64,000 bases of DNA from an uncultured Collinsella sp. (GTDB lineage Bacteria > Actinomycetota > Coriobacteriia > Coriobacteriales > Coriobacteriaceae): positions 4,669 through 68,668 of the forward strand of contig UQLC01000010.1 of NCBI GenBank assembly GCA_900541795.1, written 5' to 3'. The notes beneath the pieces are model-generated. The model did no database searches, was not told the origin of the DNA, and worked only from the letters and a program-made list of their open reading frames with translations. The position numbers and the translations under genes are program-made. This document shows, piece after piece, positions 54,807-63,284 of this stretch; the stretch's first letter is position 1, and the number at the start of each line of letters is the position of its first letter.

Positions 54807-55739
54807 TTACTGACGATCGAGCTTGCGGACAGCAACGCGCTTGCTGTACTCGTCGACGTGACCGAAGTCGCCGATGCCGACGGACTCGGCAACGTTGGCG
54901 CCGGTGGCCATAGCGAGCTTCATGGCCTCCTCGACGTTGTCGCGATCCCTGTACCACTTGTGCAGGAACGCAGCGAGGGTGCAGTCGCCAGCGCAGACGG
55001 AAGAAACCAGCTTGATGTTGAACTCACGCTTGGCGTACCAGATGTCCTCGCCGTTGGAGAAGTAAGCGTCGCCGCGGCTACCACGGGTGAGCAGCACGTT
55101 CTGAACGCCAGCGTCGTGAGCCATCTTCATAGCAACGCGAACCTCGTCGTCGGTGTCGACCGGCACGCCGAAGATGGCCTTCATCTCGTGATGGTTCGGC
55201 TTGATGAGCAGCGGCTTCTTGTGAGCGAGCTCCTTGAGCTTGTCGGAGGACAGGTCCAGGACGACGTCGGCGCCACGAGCCTGAGCGTGCTCCATGACCT
55301 GAGCCAGGAAGTCGGGCGTAGCTTTGGGAGGCACGGAGCCGGAAACGATCAGGCACTCGAGATCGCCCGCGGTGTCCAGGATGTTATAGAGCTCCTCCTG
55401 GTGCTGCGGCGTGATCGGAGCACCCGGGTTCAGGATGCCGTACTCGTGCTGGCCATCGTTGACGTAGGTGTTAATGCGCGTGATACCGTCGGTCCAGACC
55501 GGGCGGCAGAGGCAACCCAGGTTCATGACCTCCTCGACGATGAACTTGCCCGTGAAGCCGGCGAAGAAGCCGAGCGCGACGGTGTCGACGCCCATCTTCT
55601 TAAAGGCGAAGGACACGTCGAGGCCCTTGCCGTTAGCCGTGTAGCTGGCCGAGCCGGTGCGGACGTTCTCGTCGGGCTCGAGCGGAGAGCTCGAAACCGT
55701 CATGTCGACAGCCGGGTTAGCGGTTAGCGTGTAGAACAT
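54807..55739 (-). CDS. fruK: PfkB-family kinase, probable 1-phosphofructokinase, paralog 2
   Basis: MFYTLTANPAVDM..., NGKGLDVS, LIKPNHHEM, VCAGDCTLAAF. It lies directly downstream of ptsI. Confidence 0.8.
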   Translation of the reverse strand: MFYTLTANPAVDMTVSSSPLEPDENVRTGSASYTANGKGLDVSFAFKKMGVDTVALGFFAGFTGKFIVEEVMNLGCLCRPVWTDGITRINTYVNDGQHEYGILNPGAPITPQHQEELYNILDTAGDLECLIVSGSVPPKATPDFLAQVMEHAQARGADVVLDLSSDKLKELAHKKPLLIKPNHHEMKAIFGVPVDTDDEVRVAMKMAHDAGVQNVLLTRGSRGDAYFSNGEDIWYAKREFNIKLVSSVCAGDCTLAAFLHKWYRDRDNVEEAMKLAMATGANVAESVGIGDFGHVDEYSKRVAVRKLDRQ

Positions 55740-55813
55740 TTACAGTACCCCCTGTATATGTGAGGGCCGCGTGGCCGGCCCATTCCAACCACGCGGTTAC
55801 CTCTGATACCAAA

Positions 55814-57517
55814 TTAGCGAGCTGCGGACTCGAGCAGTGCCTTGACCTCGGCTGCGGTGTTGCAGGCGAGCGCCTTCTCGGCGAGCTCGTCGCACTCGGC
55901 CTTGGTCCACTGGCTGATGGTCTTGCGGGCGCGCAGGATAGAAGGAGCGCTCATCGAGAACTCCTCCAGGCCCCAGCTGATCAGCAGCGGCTCGAGCAGC
56001 GGATCGGCAGCGGCTTCGCCGCACATACCGACCATGATGCCGGCCTTCACGCCGCTCTCGATGATGTTCTTGAGCGAGCGGAGCACGGCGGGATAGTAAA
56101 CCTGGTACAGGTTGGAGATGGTGTCGTTACCACGGTCGGCGCACATGGTGTAGCCGATCAGGTCGTTGGTGCCGATGGAGAAGAAGTCGGCGACCTCGGC
56201 AAGACGGTCTGCGAGCAGCGAAGCGGCGGGCGTCTCGACCATGATGCCGACCTCGATGTTCTCGTTGAACTTGCGACCCTCTTCGGTCAGCTCGGCCTTG
56301 CACTGCTCGACGAGCTCCTTGACAGCCAAGACCTCCTCGACGCAGGTGACGAGCGGGATCATGATCTTGACGTCACCGAAGGCGCTAGCGCGCAGCAGAG
56401 CGCGGAGCTGGACCTTGTACTGGTCGGGATTGGCCAGGCAGTAACGCACGGCGCGGAAGCCCATGAAGGGGTTATCTTCCTTGACCATGTGCAGATACGG
56501 AATCTCCTTGTCGCCGCCAACATCGAGCGTGCGGATGATGACCGGAGCACCCTTGAGCGCGCTGGCGACCTTACGGTAGGCGTTGAACTGCTCCTCCTCG
56601 GAAGGAAGCTCAGCAGAGTCCATGAACAGGAACTCGGAGCGGAACAGACCGATGGCCTCGGCGTCGTGATCGAGCGCGTTGGGCACGTCATCGGGGTTAC
56701 CGATGTTGCAGGCGATGATCTTCTTGATGCCATCGGCAGTCACGGACGGCTTGCCGCGGAAGGCCTCGAGGGCTGCCTTCTCGGCAGCGAAGGCCTCGGC
56801 CTTGGCGGTGTATGCGGCGAGCGTCTCCTCGTCGGGATCGGCCTCGACGATACCCTTGCCACCGTCGACGACAACGGTCATACCGTTGCGCAGCGCGGTG
56901 CAGCTATTGGAAACCGAAAGGACAGCCGGGATCTCGAGGGCGCGCGCAATAATCGCGGAGTGCGACGTGCGGCCACCGGTCTCGGTGACGATACCGGCAA
57001 CGTGGGCCTTATCGATCGTGGCGGTCATGGACGGCGTAAGGTCGTGAACGACAACGACAGTATTCTCGGGCAGGACGGAGAGGTCGACGACCTCCTTGCC
57101 CAGCAGCTCGGCCAGAATACCGGTGCGGATGTCGGCGATGTCGGCCGCGCGCAGACGAAACATCTCGTCGTCCATGGACAGGAACATGTTCTCGAACATG
57201 GTCGAAGTGTCCATGAGCGCCTGCTCGGCGCAGGTACCGCCGTCAATGGCGGCGTTGATGGCGTCGGTCATGCCCGGGTCCTGAGCCAGGACAATGTGTC
57301 CGCTCATGATCTCGGCCTCGGCCTCACCCACCGTCTCCTTCATGTGGTCGGCCTGAGCCTGGGTCTTCTCGCAGAAGACCGAAAGAGCGGACTGATAGCG
57401 CTCCTTCTCTGCTGCCGAATCAGCAACCTCGTGCGGCTCAAACGTCAAGTCGGGATCGACGGCGACCATGACGGTGCCGATACCGATGCCCTCGGAAGCG
57501 TTGACTCCCTGATACAT
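55814..57517 (-). CDS. ptsI: phosphoenolpyruvate-protein phosphotransferase (PTS enzyme I)
   Basis: GGRTSHSAIIARALEIPAV (active-site His region), FRSEFLFM, IGTNDLIGYT. ATG 57517 lies about 7 nt from ggagagagga; ATG 57523 is an alternative start. Confidence 0.95.
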   Translation of the reverse strand: MYQGVNASEGIGIGTVMVAVDPDLTFEPHEVADSAAEKERYQSALSVFCEKTQAQADHMKETVGEAEAEIMSGHIVLAQDPGMTDAINAAIDGGTCAEQALMDTSTMFENMFLSMDDEMFRLRAADIADIRTGILAELLGKEVVDLSVLPENTVVVVHDLTPSMTATIDKAHVAGIVTETGGRTSHSAIIARALEIPAVLSVSNSCTALRNGMTVVVDGGKGIVEADPDEETLAAYTAKAEAFAAEKAALEAFRGKPSVTADGIKKIIACNIGNPDDVPNALDHDAEAIGLFRSEFLFMDSAELPSEEEQFNAYRKVASALKGAPVIIRTLDVGGDKEIPYLHMVKEDNPFMGFRAVRYCLANPDQYKVQLRALLRASAFGDVKIMIPLVTCVEEVLAVKELVEQCKAELTEEGRKFNENIEVGIMVETPAASLLADRLAEVADFFSIGTNDLIGYTMCADRGNDTISNLYQVYYPAVLRSLKNIIESGVKAGIMVGMCGEAAADPLLEPLLISWGLEEFSMSAPSILRARKTISQWTKAECDELAEKALACNTAAEVKALLESAAR

Positions 57518-57650
57518 TCCCATTCCTCTCTCCGTGTCATGTGATAAAGCGTTTTGCCATATCCATGACAAAAGAGCGCAGCTACCTTACAACAGGTCAC
57601 TGCGCCCCCAAATATGAACTTAGTTGTTCAACATGCGACCCGTTTGAGTT

Positions 57651-57914
57651 CTACTCGCCAAGACCGCTCTTGATGAGCTCGATGGCAGCAGCCAGAGCCT
57701 CGGCCTCGTCAGCGCCGTCGCACTTGACCTCGACCTCGGTACCGCAGGGGATACCAGCAGCCATGAGGGCCATCGGGGACTTGCCGTTGACCTCCTTCTC
57801 GGGGGTGACGACAGTCACGTCACAGGCGTACTTGCCCATGGTGGAGGCGAACAGACCAGCCGGACGCATGTGCAGACCCTGAGGATTAACGAGGGTAGCC
57901 TTCTCAGAAACCAT
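57651..57914 (-). CDS. ptsH: phosphocarrier protein HPr
   Basis: 87 aa, ATLVNPQGLHMRPAG (His15 context) and VNGKSPMALM (Ser46 context). RBS aaaggag lies upstream. Confidence 0.9.
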   Translation of the reverse strand: MVSEKATLVNPQGLHMRPAGLFASTMGKYACDVTVVTPEKEVNGKSPMALMAAGIPCGTEVEVKCDGADEAEALAAAIELIKSGLGE

Positions 57915-58054
57915 AATTGACTCCTTTTTGTGTTTAACCCCTGTCATGCATGTGGCAGGAGTCAGATTCACGACGTTGTTTATATTAACTCACATCAAAC
58001 GGTTTTTCATTATGTTTCGGACGAATTGTTGGACAGATGTGTTTGTCGTCCGCC

Positions 58055-58200
58055 TGCTCGCCCACAGGGGCCCGTGCGCGGCCTGTGAGATTTATCGCGA
58101 GTTCCGCACGAGCCGAAGAGCACTTAATGTGCTCTTCGTGCGAGCAGGACTGTAGAGCAGGAAATCTCACAGGCCGCGCACGGGCCCCTGTGGGCGAGCA
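58055..58200. repeat. family-B nested palindrome, copy 2 (39-bp unique arms plus conserved 68-nt core)
   Basis: tgctcgcccacaggggcccgtgcgcggcctgtgagattt (58055-58093) is the perfect reverse complement of 58162-58200. The core at 58094-58161 matches 20368-20436 except for compensatory hairpin changes and a small difference near the 3' end (tgtagagcagg vs tgtccgagcagg). Confidence 0.8.
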
Positions 58201-58307
58201 AGCTGCGGAAACTCGGTCGGTCCAGAGCAATATCGTGCAAACGGAAATCTGGCTGATGATCTGTTCGCGACAAAGACTCGATAGGTAGCCCCCTCTATGC
58301 CCTTTTG

Positions 58308-58378
58308 TAAGTTGCGGTGAAATAGGGACTGCATTTGGGGTTGAATCGTTTAAACAGTCCCTATTTCACCGCAACTTA
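58308..58378. repeat. family-A palindromic repeat, copy 3 (perfect 24-bp arms)
   Basis: taagttgcggtgaaatagggactg (58308-58331) and cagtccctatttcaccgcaactta (58355-58378). Confidence 0.8.
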
Positions 58379-58390
58379 TGGGAGGGATAG

Positions 58391-58424
58391 AAAAAAGGCG
58401 GAGGCCCTGGGGAGGGACTCCGCC
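58391..58424 (-). terminator. intrinsic terminator of fruA
   Basis: On the minus strand, ggcggag / 14-nt loop / ctccgcc is followed by ttttttc, 40 nt after the fruA stop. Confidence 0.75.
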
Positions 58425-58462
58425 TTATATACAGGGGGCGATGTTATTCGCGGGCTGGGGGA

Positions 58463-60466
58463 TTAGACCAGGCGGGCGTTGATCGTCTTGGCGATCTCGG
58501 CGGCGTTGGTGGAACCCTTGACGGTGGCACGGAAGTCCTCGTCCATGAGCGCCTCGGCGACCTTGGACAGAATCTTGAGATGCGTGGTGCCAGCCTGGGC
58601 ACCGGGGATGAGCAGGGCGATAGCCACGTTGACGGGAGCGCCGTCCATGGTGTCCCAACCGGTGACGCCGGAGTCGTCCTTGACGACGATAACGGCGGCC
58701 TCGGTAATGGCATCGGACTTGGCATGCGGAATGGCGAAGCCCTCCATCATGCCCGTGGTACCCTCGGCCTCGCGGGCCAGGAAGGCGTTCATCACGGCGT
58801 CGGCGTCGCTGGCGATACCGGCCTTGACAGCCTGGTTGGAAACGAAGCTCAGAGCCTCGTCACGAGAAGCGAAGTCCTCGGCGACAAAGACGTTCTCGAC
58901 CTTCACGAAGTCAGCAGCCTCGGCCTTGGGGGCCTCGACGGCAGCGGCCTTGGGGGCCTCAACCGGCTTGGTTGCAGGAGCGGGCTTCTGGTTCTTCTCG
59001 AAGTCGTACTTCTTGAAAGCCACGAACAGGATGCCACCGACCACGGCGCCGATGAGGATCGCGAGGACCCACAGCGGACCGTTCTCGACAACGGGCAGGA
59101 CCAGGAAGCCGCCGTGAGGCGCCGGATCGTGAACGTTGAAGAAGATGGTCAAGATGGAAGCGATGGAAGAACCGAGCATCATGATGGGCATAACGGGCCA
59201 GATGTTCTTGGTCATGAACGGAATGGCGCCCTCGGTGATGTGGGTGCAACCAAGGATGAGGTTGACGATACCGGCGTCATGATCCTCCTGGCTGAAGTAC
59301 TTCTTGCCGACAACGACGGCGAAGGTGGTGATCAGCGGCGGAACGATGCAAGCGGCGGAGACGGCAGCCATGAAGTTGGTGCCGAAGTTGTAGGTCTCGG
59401 TGCCGACGCCAGCTTCGAGAGCGGTACCGAGCAGGAAGGTGCCAGTAGCGTAAGCAGCCTTGTTGACCGGGCCGCCCATATCAAAGGCGCACATGCAGCC
59501 GATGGCCAGGCCAAGGATCACCGGACCGGAGTTACCGAGGCTCTGCAGGAAATCCATCATGCCCTGGTTAATGGCAGCCATGGGGCCGGAAATACCAAGC
59601 ATGACCAGACCGACGATGGCGGTAGAGCACAGCGGATACAGGAAGATTGCCTTCAGGCCATTAAGGCTCGCAGGAATTTTAGAGAAAACCTTCTCGAGCA
59701 GCAGGATGACATAGCCAGCGAGGAAGCCGCCGACGATGCCGCCTAGGAAGCCAAAGCCCACACCTGCGCCACCGGCGTCGATCATGCCGGTATCGGCGTT
59801 AACAGGCAAGCCCTGGATGGCAATCATACCGGCGACGAAACCGGGGACGAGCGCCGGGCGCTTGCCGATGGACTCGGCGATGTAAGCGGAGAGCACCGGA
59901 ACCATGAGGTTCATGGCGATACCGCCGATAATCTTGAGCATCGCGGCAAAGCTGTTGTAGTCGGCAGCCGTCGAATCAAAGGACGTGATGCCCCACAGGA
60001 ACGAAATGGCGGTCAGAACACCACCGGCAACGACGAAGACCAGCATGTGGCTGACGCCGTTCATGAGGTGCTTGTAGATGACGTGACCGATGGACTCCTT
60101 CTCCTCGACCTCGTCCTCGACATCGGCGGCAGCGGCAACCGTGTCGTCGCCCTTGGCGGCGAGCGCGCGGTCAATCAGCTTACCAGCAGCCTCGACGGAC
60201 AGGGCCTTGGAAACACCAACGGAAACCATGGGCTTGCCGGCGAAACGCTCAGCCTGGACATCCTTGTCGGCTGCGACGACGACGGCCTTGGCACCAGCGA
60301 TCTCACTCTTGGTGAGCTCGTTCTCGACACCGACCTGGCCATGAGTCTCGACCTTAATGGTCAGACCGCGCTCGGCAGCTGCCTTCTCCAGCGCCTCCTT
60401 AGCCATGAAGGTGTGCGCAATGCCGGTCGGGCAACCGGTCGCGGCGATGATGTCAAACTTAGCCAT
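58463..60466 (-). CDS. fruA: PTS fructose-family transporter, IIB-IIC-IIA fusion
   Basis: 667 aa. The N-terminal IIB domain is AATGCPTGIAHTFMA (Cys site). A polytopic IIC domain follows. The C-terminal IIA domain has GFAIPHAKS (His site). Confidence 0.9.
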   Translation of the reverse strand: MAKFDIIAATGCPTGIAHTFMAKEALEKAAAERGLTIKVETHGQVGVENELTKSEIAGAKAVVVAADKDVQAERFAGKPMVSVGVSKALSVEAAGKLIDRALAAKGDDTVAAAADVEDEVEEKESIGHVIYKHLMNGVSHMLVFVVAGGVLTAISFLWGITSFDSTAADYNSFAAMLKIIGGIAMNLMVPVLSAYIAESIGKRPALVPGFVAGMIAIQGLPVNADTGMIDAGGAGVGFGFLGGIVGGFLAGYVILLLEKVFSKIPASLNGLKAIFLYPLCSTAIVGLVMLGISGPMAAINQGMMDFLQSLGNSGPVILGLAIGCMCAFDMGGPVNKAAYATGTFLLGTALEAGVGTETYNFGTNFMAAVSAACIVPPLITTFAVVVGKKYFSQEDHDAGIVNLILGCTHITEGAIPFMTKNIWPVMPIMMLGSSIASILTIFFNVHDPAPHGGFLVLPVVENGPLWVLAILIGAVVGGILFVAFKKYDFEKNQKPAPATKPVEAPKAAAVEAPKAEAADFVKVENVFVAEDFASRDEALSFVSNQAVKAGIASDADAVMNAFLAREAEGTTGMMEGFAIPHAKSDAITEAAVIVVKDDSGVTGWDTMDGAPVNVAIALLIPGAQAGTTHLKILSKVAEALMDEDFRATVKGSTNAAEIAKTINARLV

Positions 60467-60738
60467 GTGTCCCTCCTTCTTGAGTACAGCGCCCGCGGGC
60501 GCTCCCCTACACGCGCTTCAATGCGCGTTTTTCCACAACTGAAAGATACCAACCTACCGTACGCGTGAGAAAAGACAAGGTGCAATTCTCCGGTGAAAGG
60601 TTCTTTCATAACCGTAAACGGTAGGTGAAAGTTTACCATCAACACTTGAAACAGCAAGGTGTATCTTGTAATTGAAAATGCCCGTATACTATGGCATTGC
60701 AAATCGAGTTAGATTTTCATGCCAACCAGGAGCCATCC

Positions 60739-61596
60739 ATGACCGATAGTAGCAAGAGCGCACTTTCCCTCATTAGTACCCATCAGGGATACAGCGAGTC
60801 CGAGCAGCGCATTGTCGACTATATATTGGAGCACCAGTCCGAGGCGCCACGCCTCACGGCGGCTCAGCTCTCGCGCGCCGCTGCCACGTCCGAAGCGACC
60901 GTTTCGCGCTTCTGCCGCAAGCTGGGCTTTGGTAGCTTCCGCAGCTTTCAGTTTTCGTTGGCGAGGGATTTGGAAAGCCAGCGCAACGAGGGCCTGACCG
61001 ACGAGGTCTCGCTCGACAATATGGAGCAGAGCCTCAAGAACATCCTGGCTGCCAAGGTAAGCGAGCTTAATGCGACCATCGACGGAATCGACCACGATAC
61101 GCTGGCGGCTGTTGTGCATGCCTTTAAGCATGCAGGGGTTATTGAGTTTGCAGCTGTGGGCAATACGAACGCGGTCGCGCTCGATGCGACGTTTAAGTTT
61201 TCGCAGCTGGGCCTGCGCTGCATGGCGAGCACCATTAGCGAGACATCAATCGGCTTTGCGCTCACGTTACGCCCGGGTGACGTCATCGTGCTCATCTCAA
61301 ACTCTGGCAAATCGCGCCGACTGAATCGCATGGCAAAAGCGGCTCGCAACTGCGGCGCAACCGTAGTCGTCATCAGCAGTGACAGCAAATCCCCACTTGC
61401 GCGCCTCGCCGACTACACCTTTAATACCGTCAATCACGAAGCGTTGCTGACAACGGGTGACTTCGCGTTCTCCAAGATCAGCGCCACGATGATCATCGAA
61501 GTCATCTACAACTTCCTGCTGCCCGAGATTAAAGACGCGCGTGAGCATATCAGCTACTACGAGGAGCTCATCCAGCCGGATAAGGTTGTGGAGTAA
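60739..61596 (+). CDS. RpiR/MurR-family transcriptional regulator (HTH plus SIS domain)
   Basis: SEQRIVDYILEH...LTAAQLSRAAATSEATVSRFCRKLGF (HTH_6), then a SIS domain (VGNTNAVALD..., LISNSGKS). ATG 60739 is preceded by caggag. It is divergent from fruA. Confidence 0.85.
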   Translation: MTDSSKSALSLISTHQGYSESEQRIVDYILEHQSEAPRLTAAQLSRAAATSEATVSRFCRKLGFGSFRSFQFSLARDLESQRNEGLTDEVSLDNMEQSLKNILAAKVSELNATIDGIDHDTLAAVVHAFKHAGVIEFAAVGNTNAVALDATFKFSQLGLRCMASTISETSIGFALTLRPGDVIVLISNSGKSRRLNRMAKAARNCGATVVVISSDSKSPLARLADYTFNTVNHEALLTTGDFAFSKISATMIIEVIYNFLLPEIKDAREHISYYEELIQPDKVVE

Positions 61597-61604
61597 AACG
61601 CGTA

Positions 61605-61637
61605 GTGGGACAAAAATTTCAGTCTATTTTGTCCCAC
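61605..61637. terminator. hairpin between convergent rpiR and recN, possibly a bidirectional terminator
   Basis: gtgggacaaaa / 11-nt loop / ttttgtcccac. Confidence 0.6.
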
Positions 61638-61655
61638 CAACACCGCTGATACGAC

Positions 61656-63284
61656 CTAACCTCGAGCTTCTTCGAGCATCTGCTTTGCGTGGGCCAAGCT
61701 TGCCTCGGACTGATCGCCGCTCAACATGCGGGCGATCTCGGCAGTACGCGCTTCGCCGGTTACCTCGCCCAAATGCGTCTGGGGAACATCGCCCGGTTCC
61801 TTGCTGACGACATAATGCTTGTCAGCCATGACGGCGACCTGCGCCAAGTGGGTTACGACAATCACCTGATGCGTAGCGGCGAGATCTGCCAGCACGCCCG
61901 CGAGCGCACGCGCCGTGGAGCCACCGACACCAGCATCGACCTCGTCAAACACCAGCGTATCGACACCGTCCGCGTTACCGAGGACAACCTTACTTGCCAG
62001 CATGACGCGGCTGAGCTCGCCGCCCGACGCAATTCGACGCAGGGGGCGCGGCGTCAAACCGGCACCGCTGCGGTATAGCAGCTCGTAGCTCGAAGGACCA
62101 ACGGGCGTCCACTCAGCACGGGGAAGATCGCGCGACTCCCAGACGAGCTCGGCACTACCCATCTCCAAGCGCGCCATCTGGCGGCCAACCTCGTGGCAGA
62201 AGCGCGGGGCCGCCGTATTGCGAGCGCGCTTAAGTGCCTTGGCAGCGGCGAACAACTCGCGCTCGGCGCTCCCGAGTGCCTCACGCGCCTTTTTGATCTG
62301 TTCATCGCCATCATCGACCAGGGACAGCAGCTCTTGCGAGCGATCGCGCATGGCAAAAACATCGTCCATGGTGGGGCCCCACTGACGCAACAGCCCCTTG
62401 AGGTCGGAATACCGCTCACGCATGCGGGCGAGCTCGCGCGGGTCGAAGGCGACCCCATCGCGATAGGCACGAAGCTCGTTCGCGCAATCCTCAAGGGAGA
62501 TACAGGCATCCGAAAGCGCATCGGCAATGTCGCCCAGTTTGCGATCGACGGTAGCCATACGGGAAAGCTCTGCCACGGCGTTGTTCACGGCATCGAGCGC
62601 TCCCCCTTCGGCGACAAGCGATGCATGGGCATCGCTAGCAGTGGCAACCAGTACCTCGGCATGTTCGGAGCGCGGCAGCAGTTCCTCGAGTTCCTCATAC
62701 TCGCCCGGCCTGGGGTCGACCTCGGCAATGCGCTCCAGGGCGAAGCGCGCCTCCTCGACACGACTCCCCTGCGCACGCGAGGCCTCCTCGACGCGACGAA
62801 CCTCCTTGGCAGCCGCGCGCGAGGCTTTAAAGCAAGCACGGTAGTGCTCGAGCGCCTCGAGCGCAGAACGTCCCGCCCACGCATCGACCATCGCAACGTG
62901 ATGCGCCGGATCGAGCAAGCGCTGGTGCTCGTGCTGGCCGCACAGATCCATCATCACGCCAACGCGCTCCGAAAGCTCGCGCACGCTGGCGATGCGGCCG
63001 TCAATCTTCACGCGGCTGCGGCCCTCGGCAGAAAGGCTACGCTGGACCGTGAAACCCTCCGTGTCGTGTGGACCGTCGAACAGCCGCGCCTCAACGCTAG
63101 CAAGCGCCTCGCCCTCGCGCACCGTCGAAGAATCCGCACGCTCGCCCAAAATAAGCTTGAGGGCCGAGAGCAGCGCGGTCTTACCGGCGCCGGTTTCTCC
63201 AGTCAGAACCGTTAGGCCCGCGCTCGGAACCAACGTCGCCTCGCGAATGAGTGCAATGTTGGAAACCTGCAGCTCATCGATCAT
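61656..63284 (-). CDS. recN: DNA repair protein RecN
   Basis: 542 aa. It has the N-terminal Walker A LTGETGAGKTALL, a long coiled-coil middle region, and a C-terminal signature/Walker B region (ASGGELSRVMLA, LVFDEVDAGVGG). Confidence 0.95.
   Translation of the reverse strand: MIDELQVSNIALIREATLVPSAGLTVLTGETGAGKTALLSALKLILGERADSSTVREGEALASVEARLFDGPHDTEGFTVQRSLSAEGRSRVKIDGRIASVRELSERVGVMMDLCGQHEHQRLLDPAHHVAMVDAWAGRSALEALEHYRACFKASRAAAKEVRRVEEASRAQGSRVEEARFALERIAEVDPRPGEYEELEELLPRSEHAEVLVATASDAHASLVAEGGALDAVNNAVAELSRMATVDRKLGDIADALSDACISLEDCANELRAYRDGVAFDPRELARMRERYSDLKGLLRQWGPTMDDVFAMRDRSQELLSLVDDGDEQIKKAREALGSAERELFAAAKALKRARNTAAPRFCHEVGRQMARLEMGSAELVWESRDLPRAEWTPVGPSSYELLYRSGAGLTPRPLRRIASGGELSRVMLASKVVLGNADGVDTLVFDEVDAGVGGSTARALAGVLADLAATHQVIVVTHLAQVAVMADKHYVVSKEPGDVPQTHLGEVTGEARTAEIARMLSGDQSEASLAHAKQMLEEARG

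Noticed and set aside
20342-58378. Whether the recurring palindromic sequences (families A and B) could be CRISPR repeats.
   Set aside because: The copies are tens of kb apart and are not arrayed with regular spacers of about 30-40 nt. No cas genes are present, and each unit is itself a long hairpin rather than a 28-37 nt direct repeat.
60467-60738. Antiterminator (RAT)-like or operator structures in the fruA / rpiR divergent region. Candidates are the hairpins agcgcccgcgggcgct and acgcgcattgaagcgcgt, the dyad ctaccgt...acggtag, and a candidate TTGAAA-17-TAATTG promoter at 60646-60674.
   Set aside because: The structures are visible, but I cannot tie them to a known RpiR operator or RAT consensus. 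They are too speculative to list as features.
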